Assembly: GCA_045863335.1 (NCBI GenBank)
Contig: BTVY01000016.1
Location: 251-41,582, forward strand
Reading direction: 5' to 3'
Source of the DNA: Candidatus Hydrogenedentota bacterium
Lineage (GTDB): Bacteria > Hydrogenedentota > Hydrogenedentia > Hydrogenedentales > SLHB01
DNA: 41,332 nucleotides
Each line of letters starts with the position of its first letter. Within the stretch, counting starts at the first letter, position 1. Below the pieces are notes generated by a model. That model was not told the DNA's origin. It saw nothing but the letters and a program-made list of their open reading frames with translations, and searched no databases. Below, in pieces: positions 20,366 to 29,644 of the stretch. Both the position numbers and the translations under genes were made by a program.

Positions 20366-20573
20366 CTTGCTCCCAATAGATGCTCGCAAGACACGGTTCG
20401 GGAAGGAATCAGACGAGCGCGGGTTGGACGTGTGAGCCTTCGATATGCCACAATATGGCGGAGTGTGGGGTGGTTTCAGATGCGGTTTTGTGGCGCTGAA
20501 GTTCGTTGACAGGCCCATTGGGGGGGCTGCACCGAAGGCGGCATTTCGGACTGGTTGCAGTGGGAGACAACAC

Positions 20574-22190
20574 GTGCCTGACGCCTATTTGAAGCAATTG
20601 GGGATTACCGAGTGGAGTGAACTGTATCGAAACCCGTCGTACGAAACCCTGTACGAACACGAGTTGGATCCCCAACTCGAAGGGTTGGAACGGGGGGCCT
20701 TGACCTCCTTCGGCGCGGTTGCCGTCGATACGGGCCGTTTTACAGGCCGCTCGCCACAGGACAAGTACGTGGTGGAGGAGGAGACCTCCAAGGACACTGT
20801 TTGGTGGGCCGGCCCGGATACGCCCGGCTCGAACAACAAGCGCATGTCCGAGGAGACCTGGGCGCATCTCAAGGAGATCGCCCAGCAGCAACTTAATGGA
20901 AAACGCCTGTACGTCATTGACGGCTTCTGCGGCGCCAATCCCGAAACCCGGCTCAGCGTCCGCATCGTCGCTGAAGTCGCGTGGCAAGCCCACTTCTGCA
21001 AGAACATGTTCATCCGGCCGACGGAAGACGAACTGAAGGACTTTAAACCGGACTGGACGATTTTGAACGCTTCAAAGACGAGTTGTCCCGATTTTGAGAA
21101 GTGGGGACTGCGCACGGAGGTGTTCGCCGCCTTCAACATCAAAGAACGCATGACGGTCATCGGCGGCACTTGGTATGGCGGGGAGATGAAGAAGGGCATC
21201 TTCACGATCATGAACTACTTCCTGCCACTTCAGGGCATCGGCGCGTTTCATTGTTCCGCCAACATGGGCGCGGACGGCGATACGGCGCTTTTTTTCGGCT
21301 TGTCCGGTACGGGCAAGACAACCCTTTCCGCCGACCCGCACCGCCTGCTTATCGGCGACGATGAACACGGGTGGGATGATGACGGTATCTTCAACTTCGA
21401 AGGCGGGTGTTACGCGAAGACCATCGACTTGACGGAAGAGAAGGAACCCGAGATTTTCCATGCCATCAAACGGGATGCGCTGCTGGAAAACGTCCTCGTA
21501 AAGGAAAATGGCGATGTCGACTTCCACGACACGTCCAAGACCCAGAACGGCCGGGTCTCCTATCCCATCTACCACATCGACAAGATTGTGAAGCCCGTCT
21601 CCAAGGGTGGCCATCCCCATAAAATCATTTTTCTGGCTTGCGACGCCTTCGGCGTGTTGCCTCCCGTTGTACGATTGACTCCCGAACAGGCGATGTACCA
21701 GTACCTCAGCGGATACACGGCAAAGGTCGCCGGGACGGAACTGGGGGTGACGGAACCGCAGGCGACGTTTTCCGCCTGCTACGGCGCCGCGTTTCTCGCC
21801 GTCCATCCAACGGTGTACGCCCACATCCTGGGCCGGAAAATGGCAGAACATAACGCGGAAGCGTATCTCGTGAATACCGGATGGACGGAGGGAAAGTACG
21901 GTGTGGGGCACCGGATGTCGCTCCCCGATACGCGCCATATTATCGACGCAATCCTGGACGGGACCCTTTCAAAGGCGGAATACGAGACTATGCCGGTTTT
22001 CGGTATGGCGATTCCCCGGGCGGTCCATGACGTGGACGCGTCAATTCTGAATCCGCGAAACGTCTGGAAGGACAAAGCGGATTACGACGCGACGCTGAAA
22101 CGGCTGGCGGAGATGTTTATTCAGAATTTCAAGCGATTCACGGACACGGACGAGGGGAGACAATTGGAGAAAGCGGGCCCTCAACTGTAG
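20574..22190 (+). CDS. pckA: Phosphoenolpyruvate carboxykinase (ATP)
   Basis: [37 protein letters not shown] and NFEGGCYAK; GTG 20574 with GGGAGA RBS. Confidence 0.97.
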   Translation: MPDAYLKQLGITEWSELYRNPSYETLYEHELDPQLEGLERGALTSFGAVAVDTGRFTGRSPQDKYVVEEETSKDTVWWAGPDTPGSNNKRMSEETWAHLKEIAQQQLNGKRLYVIDGFCGANPETRLSVRIVAEVAWQAHFCKNMFIRPTEDELKDFKPDWTILNASKTSCPDFEKWGLRTEVFAAFNIKERMTVIGGTWYGGEMKKGIFTIMNYFLPLQGIGAFHCSANMGADGDTALFFGLSGTGKTTLSADPHRLLIGDDEHGWDDDGIFNFEGGCYAKTIDLTEEKEPEIFHAIKRDALLENVLVKENGDVDFHDTSKTQNGRVSYPIYHIDKIVKPVSKGGHPHKIIFLACDAFGVLPPVVRLTPEQAMYQYLSGYTAKVAGTELGVTEPQATFSACYGAAFLAVHPTVYAHILGRKMAEHNAEAYLVNTGWTEGKYGVGHRMSLPDTRHIIDAILDGTLSKAEYETMPVFGMAIPRAVHDVDASILNPRNVWKDKADYDATLKRLAEMFIQNFKRFTDTDEGRQLEKAGPQL

Positions 22191-22220
22191 CGCGAGCGCG
22201 GTAAGCTACGAATAGTGCGG

Positions 22221-22251
22221 TTGACACAAATCGGGACTCTGGGTGTATAGT
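22221..22251 (+). promoter_or_regulatory. Putative sigma70 promoter upstream of the small-protein cassette
   Basis: TTGACA (22221-22226) then TATAGT (22246-22251) with a long 19-bp spacer; a second TTGACA at 22375. Confidence 0.45.
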
Positions 22252-22500
22252 GATGGGACGCCGTGGCATACGAGGATCGTGCTATCGCCGCAAATTCACC
22301 TGATTCCAATGAGTTGAGGTAGAGTTCCGCGCCGCCAAAGGCGATGGAGCGCCAACCCGGAATTTGTTAAACGGTTGACAGATCGGGTGTGGATTTGCCA
22401 CAGTATCGTCGACCCTACAAAAGCGCGGATGAGGTAGCCGTACTCCAAGGCGTGCGGCGTTCGCATAGAACTGTTGAGCGACACACAGGAGAAACGTTCC

Positions 22501-22743
22501 ATGAAGCACAACCGTCCAATCAGCCGCACGCCGGCCCACGCGACATCCGCGCTCGTCACGAAAGTCGAGTTCAAAACGGAACTGTCGAGCACGATCCTGG
22601 TGGGCACCGGCCTGTTGGCGGAGAATTTCTCGACGATTGCTACCGGGTTGTTCCAGAATGCCCTCTATCTCGGCGAGGTCGTTGATATTGTCCTTGAGGA
22701 TTTGGGAGACATATTCGGCACGGGCGGAGGCGCAGGAGCCTAA
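22501..22743 (+). CDS. Small hypothetical protein A (80 aa) with conserved N-terminal leader-like motif
   Basis: AGGAGA RBS, ATG 22501; MKHNRPISRTPAHATSALVTKVE aligns ungapped with the next ORF. Confidence 0.75.
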   Translation: MKHNRPISRTPAHATSALVTKVEFKTELSSTILVGTGLLAENFSTIATGLFQNALYLGEVVDIVLEDLGDIFGTGGGAGA

Positions 22744-22876
22744 CTCGTGGAATTGTGGAGAATGCCGCGCTGCCTTGCTGGAGGCCGCAGGGGATCATTG
22801 GTTTGAGCGGCGCTACCGCGCTCGCGTAATCGGTCGGCCCTAAGAAATGGGCGTCCGACGTGAAAGGACAAAAGCT

Positions 22877-23152
22877 ATGCGAGGAACGAGACCTCACCTT
22901 CGCGCCATATCGCAGGTTCCGGCGCAATCGACGACAGCTCTGGAGCTGAAACTGGACGCCGTTCTGGTTTATTTCCAAAACGGCATCCTGCTTGCCAACT
23001 CGCTGATGAATGTTGCGGGATCCGCGGTCGTAAACACGACGGGATTCCTGGCCACGAGTCTGCCTTACAAGAACGCGACCGGCGGCAGCAGCCAGGGCGG
23101 TGGCGATACGGGCGGCGACACCGGTGGCGACGACGACGGCGGAATTCTCTAG
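22877..23152 (+). CDS. Small hypothetical protein B (91 aa), paralog of A, with Gly/Asp-rich tail
   Basis: AAAGGA RBS, ATG 22877; HLRAISQVPAQSTTALELKLD matches ORF A; GGDT repeats at the C-terminus. Confidence 0.75.
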   Translation: MRGTRPHLRAISQVPAQSTTALELKLDAVLVYFQNGILLANSLMNVAGSAVVNTTGFLATSLPYKNATGGSSQGGGDTGGDTGGDDDGGIL

Positions 23153-23295
23153 GGCGGTTGGCGTGTACCGCACGGGTCTGGCGCTTCGTCCGGCCCCGTG
23201 CCGATTGGATGTAGTCGCAGCAGAATCCGGCGCGAACCTGGGAGACCGGGCGGGGCTGGGATTCTGATAACAAGAAAACGCGAAGGAGTCGAGTA

Positions 23296-23430
23296 ATGGC
23301 GATCTTGTCCTTGTTGTTTTTGTTTTATGCATTTCTGGGCCTTGGCGGAGCGAACCTTGCCCAGTACGCGTTCGGTGTGCTTCTGCCGGGCTGGTGGCAG
23401 GCCATTCAGAGCTTCATGATGTTTGTCTAA
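23296..23430 (+). CDS. Small hydrophobic protein C (44 aa), absent from the ORF track
   Basis: AAGGAG RBS 7 nt before ATG; translates to MAILSLLFLFYAFLGLGGANLAQYAFGVLLPGWWQAIQSFMMFV; followed by a terminator. Confidence 0.6.
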   Translation: MAILSLLFLFYAFLGLGGANLAQYAFGVLLPGWWQAIQSFMMFV

Positions 23431-23468
23431 TCCGGTCGCGTTTCGGCGCGTCGGGAATCGATTGATCA

Positions 23469-23508
23469 GAGACACGGGTATCGCATGGCGGTACCCGTGT
23501 CTCGTTTT
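23469..23508 (+). terminator. Hairpin terminator between the small-protein cassette and the convergent kinase gene
   Basis: GAGACACGGGTATCGC-ATG-GCGGTACCCGTGTCTC (16-bp stem, one G-U pair) followed by GTTTT. Confidence 0.8.
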
Positions 23509-23517
23509 GCCAAGGCG

Positions 23518-24354
23518 TTAAATGCGGGGGCGGCCCACGTCGGCCAGAATAATTCTAAGCTGATCGCAACTGTCGTAGCGGTCGTCAGGATTCTTGGCGA
23601 TCATTTTCATGATGATGTCGCCAAGGGGGTGGGGACATTTCCGGTTCACGACGGAGGGATGGATGGGCTCGGCGTGCAGGTGGCATTGGTAAAGTTTCTG
23701 GAGGCTATCGACCTCGAACGGCACCTTCCCCGCGAACATCAGGTAGAGCGTGATTCCCAGCGAGTAGATATCGCTCTTGGCGGTGGCCTTTTCGCGCTTA
23801 ATGATTTCCGGCGACACGTACATCGGCGTAATCTGGTCCGCCAAGCCCGAGTCAAAAAACGAGAAGAACTTCTCGCGGCACAGCGAATAGTCGGAAAGTT
23901 TTGCCATGCCTTTCCGGGTAAACAGAATATTGGCCGGCTTAAGGTCGTGGTGGGTGAATCCCTGGTCGTGGATGTATTGGAGCCCGTTGCAGATTTGGGC
24001 GATGATGACGAGGCGCTCTTGCAGGTTCCACGGCCGGTTTTCGATGTACCAGCGCAGGTCGGGGCCGTCCATGTATTCCATGGTCATGCAGAGGCCCTCA
24101 TCGCCGTCGATGAACTCGAATACACGCATGACGTTTTGGTGATTGAACTTCTGAAACCGCTCGACGCTCTTGGCGAAGTCGCGGACCTGACTGCGGTTCT
24201 TGAAGAAGTTTTGGTGAAACAGTTTGACCGCGACGACTTCGCCTTTCTGCGTGTCAATGCCGCGGTAGACCGTGCCCGTGCCGCCCCGGCCAAGAAGCCG
24301 GTCCAGTTTGAAGTGGTAAAGCCGGAGCCTGTCTGGCAATTCCTGCTTGCGCAA
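23518..24354 (-). CDS. Soluble Hanks-type Ser/Thr protein kinase with atypical motifs
   Basis: GRGGTGTVY, VAVK, HHDLKPANIL, DYS (for DFG), YVSPE and SDIYSLG; no TM; TTG start with GGAGG RBS. Confidence 0.9.
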   Translation of the reverse strand: MRKQELPDRLRLYHFKLDRLLGRGGTGTVYRGIDTQKGEVVAVKLFHQNFFKNRSQVRDFAKSVERFQKFNHQNVMRVFEFIDGDEGLCMTMEYMDGPDLRWYIENRPWNLQERLVIIAQICNGLQYIHDQGFTHHDLKPANILFTRKGMAKLSDYSLCREKFFSFFDSGLADQITPMYVSPEIIKREKATAKSDIYSLGITLYLMFAGKVPFEVDSLQKLYQCHLHAEPIHPSVVNRKCPHPLGDIIMKMIAKNPDDRYDSCDQLRIILADVGRPRI

Positions 24355-24413
24355 CGCGTACCTCCGTGTCGTATGTTCGTGTTCGCCGCGTGAATGCAGA
24401 AAGCGCGGGCTTC

Positions 24414-24806
24414 TTAACTCTTGGGAAGCGCCAAATCGATTCGCGGCGCATCGCCCCAGAGGCCATCCAGATCGTAGAACTCGCGCGCTTCTTTCCGGAA
24501 GACATGAAAGATCACGTCACCGTAGTCCAACACGACCCATCCGTCCGTATACGTGCCTTCGGCATGCAACGTCTTACTGCCAGCTTCCCGCATGCCCTCT
24601 TTCACGGCGGAATACACTGCCTTCACATGGGGCTCGCTCGTGGCCGTGCAGATGACAAACGCGTCCGCCAGCAGCGTAAGCCCGCCCACGTCGTACCCGA
24701 CAATATGCTCTGCTTTGCGTTCATCGGCAAGGAGAGCGATACGGCGGGCGTTCAGTAGAAACTCAGGTTGGCTTGAGGTAGCGGTTTTCTTTACGAGTCG
24801 TGCCAA
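24414..24806 (-). CDS. rsfS: Ribosome silencing factor
   Basis: KAE.I..DV, D.FVICTATS..HVKA and WVVLDYGDVIFHVF..EAREFYDLDGLW. Confidence 0.95.
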   Translation of the reverse strand: MARLVKKTATSSQPEFLLNARRIALLADERKAEHIVGYDVGGLTLLADAFVICTATSEPHVKAVYSAVKEGMREAGSKTLHAEGTYTDGWVVLDYGDVIFHVFRKEAREFYDLDGLWGDAPRIDLALPKS

Positions 24807-24853
24807 AGTAATGTGATTCTCCGGGCGGACGCGCGTCGCGCCGCAGTTGGTAC

Positions 24854-26296
24854 TTACTCCGTTTTCGCCAATTCACTCCGAATGATCTCATTCGCGAGTT
24901 TAGGATTGGCCTTGCCTTTCGTCGCCTTCATCATTTGACCCACGAGAAAGCCCAGCGCCTTCTCCTTGCCGGCCCGGAAATCGGCGGCCGGCCCGGGATT
25001 GGCCTCGATGATCTCGCGGGCGACCGCTTCCAGTTCGCTGCTGTCGCTGATTTGCACGAGGCCCTTCTCTTCAACGAGCAGCTTGGGCGCCTTACCCGTG
25101 TCCAGCATTTCCGGCAGCAGATCCTTGGCGATCTTTCCACTGATTGTACCATCTTCAATAAGCCCAATCATGGAAGCCAGGTCCTCGGCCCGCAGCGCGC
25201 AATCGCCGATCTCCACGCGCCGCTCGGTCAACAGCTTCTGCAAATCGCCCATGACCCAGTTCGCCGCGGGCTTGGCAGCCGCGCCGGCCTTCACCGTTGC
25301 TTCGAAGAAATCCGCCATGGCTTTGTCGGCTGTTAACACGCCCGCATCGAACTCGGAGAGCTGAAAGGCCGCAATAAACCGCTCTCGCCGCGCCTGGGGC
25401 AATTCCGGCAACGACGCGCGGATCTGCTGCTCCCACGCCTCATCCACGACGAGCGGCACCAGATCGGGTTCGGGGAAATACCGGTAATCGTGGGCGGACT
25501 CCTTCGCCCGCTGCGAGAACGTAATCCCGCGGTCGGCGTCCCATCCGCGCGTTTCCTGCGTGATGGCGCCGCCCTCTTCGAGCACCTGCTGCTGCCGGGC
25601 AATCTCGAATTCGATGGCCTTGGTTATGCCGCTGAAGGAGGCGACGTTCTTCACCTCGGTCTTGGTGCCAAAGGCATCCGTGCCGACGGGCCGGATGCTG
25701 ATGTTGGCCTCGGCGCGCAGCGAGCCTTCCTCCATGTTGCAGTCGCTCACATCGAGATACTGCAAGATCTGCTTCAAATTGGTGAGATATGCATACGCCT
25801 CGTCGGCGCTGCGGATGTCGGGTTCGGTCACGATCTCCAACAAGGGCACGCCGCACCGGTTGAAATCGACGCCGCTGTCGCCGCCGCCGATGGTATGGGT
25901 GTTGCGCGCGGTGTCCTCTTCAAGATGCGCGCGGGTAACGCCAATGCGTTTGGTTGTGCCGTCGACGGGGATCTCGAGGTAGCCGTTGGCACACAGGGGC
26001 AAATCGTACTGGCTAATCTGGTAGTTCTTCGCCAAGTCGGGATAGAAGTAGTTCTTCCGGTCCATCTTCGACCAGCGCGAGATTGTGCAATGGAGCGCCA
26101 GCCCCACCGCCACGGAAAGCTCGACGGCGCGCTTGCTGATTACCGGCAACACGCCGGGCATCCCCAGGCAGACGGGGCACACGTTGGTGTTGGCCGGCGC
26201 GTGGAAGTTGGTGCTGCATCCGCAGAACACCTTGGACAGGGTGTTCAGTTCCACGTGCACTTCCATGCCGATTACCGCTTCGTACTTCATGCTCAT
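24854..26296 (-). CDS. gatB: Asp/Glu-tRNA(Asn/Gln) amidotransferase subunit B
   Basis: IGMEVHVEL, RKNYFYPDL, HLEED, DFNRCGVPLLEIVTEPD and DYRYFPEPDL. Confidence 0.97.
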   Translation of the reverse strand: MSMKYEAVIGMEVHVELNTLSKVFCGCSTNFHAPANTNVCPVCLGMPGVLPVISKRAVELSVAVGLALHCTISRWSKMDRKNYFYPDLAKNYQISQYDLPLCANGYLEIPVDGTTKRIGVTRAHLEEDTARNTHTIGGGDSGVDFNRCGVPLLEIVTEPDIRSADEAYAYLTNLKQILQYLDVSDCNMEEGSLRAEANISIRPVGTDAFGTKTEVKNVASFSGITKAIEFEIARQQQVLEEGGAITQETRGWDADRGITFSQRAKESAHDYRYFPEPDLVPLVVDEAWEQQIRASLPELPQARRERFIAAFQLSEFDAGVLTADKAMADFFEATVKAGAAAKPAANWVMGDLQKLLTERRVEIGDCALRAEDLASMIGLIEDGTISGKIAKDLLPEMLDTGKAPKLLVEEKGLVQISDSSELEAVAREIIEANPGPAADFRAGKEKALGFLVGQMMKATKGKANPKLANEIIRSELAKTE

Positions 26297-26370
26297 TCCT
26301 TACTCAATCTCAGCGCCGTGTTGCGAACTCTGGCTTCGTTCGACATCCAATCCGGGTGCCAGAGGGAACA

Positions 26371-26460
26371 TCCCCCTATACCCCCCTTCAAAGGGGGACT
26401 TGCGCACCAATTGCCCACGATCATTGGAACGGCTTTACGCTGTCCCCATTTTCCTTCTCG
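26371..26460. repeat. REP-like elements in the gatA-gatB spacer
   Basis: TCCCCCTATACCCCCCTTCAAAGGGGG hairpin; TGTCCCCATTTTCCTTCTCG shares 15 identical nt with 17814-17828. Confidence 0.5.
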
Positions 26461-26479
26461 CACGCATCCAGAACTCCCG

Positions 26480-27958
26480 TCATTGGGCGCGCAGTGCCGC
26501 CGGCATGGCCAGTTCAAATCCGCGATTTTGTTCGTAGGTGTAGGCCACGCGCAGCAGGGTCTCCTCGTCGAACGGCTTCGCGATGATCTGCAAGCCCGCG
26601 GGCAATCCCGACGCGGTCAAACCGCAGGGGAGGCTCATGCCTGGAAGCCCCGCGAGGTTTATCGAGATCGTGTAGATGTCGCTGAGATACATCTCTAGCG
26701 GATCGGACGATTTTTCGCCGATTTTGAAGGCTGGCGTCGGCGCCGTGGGCGTCACGATGGCGTCGCATCGTTCGAACGCCTCGTTGAAATCGCGCTGGAT
26801 GAGCGACCGCACTTTCTGGGCCTTGAGGTAGTACGCGTCGTAATAACCGCTGGACAACACGTAGGTCCCGAGCATGATCCGGCGCCGCACCTCGGGTCCG
26901 TACCCTTCGGTCTTGGTCTTGCGATACATCTCGTCGACATTGCTCACGCCCGGCGCGCGGTAGCCGTAGCGGACGCCGTCGAAGCGCGCGAGGTTTGCGC
27001 TCGCCTCGGCGGTGCAGATGATGTAGTAGGTCGCCACGGCGTAGTCGGTGTGCGGCAAGGAGACCTCGACGATTTCCGCGCCCTGGCCTTCGAGCACCTT
27101 GATGGCCGTATCGACTTTCTCGCGCATTTCCGCGCCGAGGGCGTCGGTGAAATACTCCTTGGGCATGCCGAGCTTCATGCCGGACACGTCGCCTTTCAAG
27201 GCCTGTGTGAAATCCGGCACGGGGAGATCGGCGGACGTGGAATCGCGCAGGTCGCGACCGCAGATCGCGTTCAGCACCAACGCGCAGTCCTCCACGTCCT
27301 TCGTGAAAGGTCCAATCTGATCGAGCGAAGACGCGAACGCGACCAGTCCGTATCGCGAAACGCGGCCGTAGGTCGGCTTCAATCCGACGCAGCCGCAGCA
27401 GGCCGCGGGCTGGCGAATGGACCCGCCCGTGTCGCTGCCGAGGGTGATCGCGCATTCGTGGCCCGCCACCGCCGCGGCCGAACCGCCGCTGGACCCGCCG
27501 GGCACGCAGTCCAGATTCCAGGGGTTCCGCGTGGTCTGAAGCGAGGAGTTTTCCGTGGACGATCCCATGGCGAACTCGTCCATGTTCAGTTTGCCTACGA
27601 ACACGGCGCCCGCGTCCGCCAGCCGCTCGACCACGGTCGCGTCAAAGGGGCTGCGATAGCCTTTCAGAATCTGCGAACAACAGGTCGTCGTGCCTTGCTT
27701 CGTACACAGCACGTCCTTCAGCCCGATGGGCACGCCCGCCAAGGGCCCCGGGTCTTCGCCGTTCTTGATCCTGGCGTCGACTTGCGCGGCCTGCGCGCGC
27801 GCGGCGTCGTTCCAGACGTCGATAAAGGCCTTCAACTGCCCGTCCACCGCAGCGATGCGATCTAGGCAACTCTCCGTGACATCCGCGGCCGTCACGTCGC
27901 CGGCGCGTACGGCGTCCCGGATTTCGTGGGCGGTCTTCTCGTACCAGGTGTTGCTCAT
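26480..27958 (-). CDS. gatA: Asp/Glu-tRNA(Asn/Gln) amidotransferase subunit A
   Basis: Amidase signature [39 protein letters not shown] and [13 protein letters not shown]. Confidence 0.97.
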   Translation of the reverse strand: MSNTWYEKTAHEIRDAVRAGDVTAADVTESCLDRIAAVDGQLKAFIDVWNDAARAQAAQVDARIKNGEDPGPLAGVPIGLKDVLCTKQGTTTCCSQILKGYRSPFDATVVERLADAGAVFVGKLNMDEFAMGSSTENSSLQTTRNPWNLDCVPGGSSGGSAAAVAGHECAITLGSDTGGSIRQPAACCGCVGLKPTYGRVSRYGLVAFASSLDQIGPFTKDVEDCALVLNAICGRDLRDSTSADLPVPDFTQALKGDVSGMKLGMPKEYFTDALGAEMREKVDTAIKVLEGQGAEIVEVSLPHTDYAVATYYIICTAEASANLARFDGVRYGYRAPGVSNVDEMYRKTKTEGYGPEVRRRIMLGTYVLSSGYYDAYYLKAQKVRSLIQRDFNEAFERCDAIVTPTAPTPAFKIGEKSSDPLEMYLSDIYTISINLAGLPGMSLPCGLTASGLPAGLQIIAKPFDEETLLRVAYTYEQNRGFELAMPAALRAQ

Positions 27959-27961
27959 CGG

Positions 27962-28258
27962 TTACTCCGTATCGAGGATGCGCGGCACGAGGAAATACTC
28001 GCCGTCAGTCTTCGGGGCGTTCATCAGGGCCGTCTCGCGCGGGAGCGAAGGGGTCACCACGTCGTCGCGGAACACGTTGCTCATCTCGAGGACGTGCATC
28101 ATGGGTTCCACGCCCGTCGTGTCCAGTTCGTTGAGCTTGTCCATGTAGCCCAGGATATCGCCCATCTCGGCCACGAGGCGTTCTTTCGTGGCCTCGTCCA
28201 GGGTGAGCTGGGCCAGTCCCGCCACGTATTCCACGTCGGCTTTCGTAATGTTGGCCAT
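27962..28258 (-). CDS. gatC: Asp/Glu-tRNA(Asn/Gln) amidotransferase subunit C
   Basis: MANITKADVEYVAGLAQL...LDTTGVEP...RDDV...NAP...YFLVPRI; directly upstream of gatA. Confidence 0.95.
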   Translation of the reverse strand: MANITKADVEYVAGLAQLTLDEATKERLVAEMGDILGYMDKLNELDTTGVEPMMHVLEMSNVFRDDVVTPSLPRETALMNAPKTDGEYFLVPRILDTE

Positions 28259-28416
28259 GCCTACTTTCCAGCGTTGGCGCGGGGTGAACGCGGTCGGAAA
28301 AAGGAAGGGCGAACTCCCCGTCCGCCATAGGGTTCCGGCAGGTGCACGTCTCCCGCGCATTGCGTCAAACAGAGGCCATATGCTAGCACACAGGCCGGAT
28401 GGGAATCCAAAGAAGG

Positions 28417-28477
28417 CTGGAGACCGGAGACGGGAGGCTGGAGGAATTCACACGGACCGGCACGGACGGACACGGAC
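28417..28477. repeat. Short tandem repeats with 7-bp and 10-bp periods
   Basis: CTGGAGA CCGGAGA CGGGAGG CTGGAGG, then CACGGAC at 28451, 28461 and 28471. Confidence 0.7.
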
Positions 28478-28566
28478 AGCGGCCGCGGCCCGAGCCGTCT
28501 TTCCCATCAAGGACGGCGACCCGTCTTCACCAGCGTTGGCGATGCGAATGGCGGTCTCGATTGCCC

Positions 28567-28608
28567 GTCCATAGAGTCCATATCGTCCATCATGTCCATA
28601 GTGTCCAT
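28567..28608. repeat. Five GTCCAT hexamers at 9-bp period
   Basis: GTCCAT-aga-GTCCAT-atc-GTCCAT-cat-GTCCAT-agt-GTCCAT, just upstream of TATAAT at 28617-28622. Confidence 0.85.
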
Positions 28609-28647
28609 CCAACCGCTATAATCCCCGGGGTAAACAGGAGATCGACC

Positions 28648-29619
28648 ATGAAGCGCATCATCTTCGGAAGCAGCGGACTTTCCGTATCGCCCATCGCTTT
28701 TGGCACGTGGCAGCTCAGTCCCCGGTTCTGGGGGGACCAGTCGAAGAAGGACGCCATCGCGGCCATGCACCTCGCCTTCGAGAAAGGCATCAACTTCTAC
28801 GACACGGCGGACGCCTACGGCGATGGCTACGCGGAGACCGTGCTGGGCGAGGCTGTCGCGAAGCTGCCACGGGAAGAGATCGTGATTTGCACGAAGTTTT
28901 TCAACCACTTCAATCCGGACGCGTCGCGCTACCCCGACTTGTCGCCCGCGTACTTGCGGGAACGCTGCGAGGCCTCGCTCAAACGGCTTCGCGTCAGTTG
29001 CATCGACATCGCACTGCTCCACTTCTACGATCCGCTCACGCCGCTGGCCGACGTGGCGGCCACGCTAAACGCCCTGCGCGACGAAGGGAAGATCCGTCAT
29101 ATCGGCGTGAGCAACCACACGGTGGAGCAGTTCCGCGCGCAACGGAAGTTCGCGAATTACTGTGTCGCGCAGCCCCCCTATAGCCTGCTTGCACCCGAAG
29201 GGGAGACGGATTTACTGCCCTACTGCCAGGCCGAGAACATCGGCGTCATGATTTACTCCCCGCTTCACAAGGGCTTGCTCACCGGCAAATACACGGGTAC
29301 CGAAACCTTTACTGATTTCCGGCAACACCATCCCGACTTCCAGGGCGAACGCTTCAAGGCCATCTGCGACGCGGTGCAATCCCTGCGGCCCCTGGCGGAG
29401 AAGTACGAACTCTCCCTCTACCAACTCGTCCTCGCCGCGACCCTCATGCACCCGTCCATCCAGGTCGCCGTCTGCGGCATCAAGGCCCCCGCGCAGATCG
29501 CCGAAGCCGCCGGCGCCCTCAACAAAACCCTCTTCCGCGAAGACTACTTCGCCGTCCGCAAAGCCCTCGACCTCGGCGCCGCCGGCAAAGTCGTGGATGC
29601 GACAGGGGCGAAGAAGTAG
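28648..29619 (+). CDS. Aldo/keto reductase
   Basis: GINFYDTADAYG.G.AE, CTK, SLKRL...IDI..LH, GKIRHIGVSN and YSPL..GLLTGKY; ATG 28648 with AGGAG RBS. Confidence 0.94.
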   Translation: MKRIIFGSSGLSVSPIAFGTWQLSPRFWGDQSKKDAIAAMHLAFEKGINFYDTADAYGDGYAETVLGEAVAKLPREEIVICTKFFNHFNPDASRYPDLSPAYLRERCEASLKRLRVSCIDIALLHFYDPLTPLADVAATLNALRDEGKIRHIGVSNHTVEQFRAQRKFANYCVAQPPYSLLAPEGETDLLPYCQAENIGVMIYSPLHKGLLTGKYTGTETFTDFRQHHPDFQGERFKAICDAVQSLRPLAEKYELSLYQLVLAATLMHPSIQVAVCGIKAPAQIAEAAGALNKTLFREDYFAVRKALDLGAAGKVVDATGAKK

Positions 29620-29644
29620 ACAACCGAAACGCAAACAACGAATC

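Noticed and set aside
22501-23152. Small proteins A and B as type IV pilins or classical RiPP precursors
   Set aside because: No G-F-x-x-x-E prepilin site, no double-glycine leader, no Cys and no adjacent maturase or ABC transporter, so no known class can be assigned.
22640-23475. Minus-strand ORFs 22640..23332, 22875..23273 and 23149..23475
   Set aside because: No motifs; the plus-strand small ORFs have RBSs, mutual homology and a matching terminator.
23485-24393. 302-aa plus-strand ORF opposite the kinase
   Set aside because: Antisense shadow of a gene with clear kinase motifs.
25490-26698. 402-aa plus-strand ORF over gatB and gatA
   Set aside because: Antisense to conserved essential genes.
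28567-28608. GTCCAT array as a CRISPR array
   Set aside because: 6-bp units with 3-bp linkers are far too short, and no cas genes are present.
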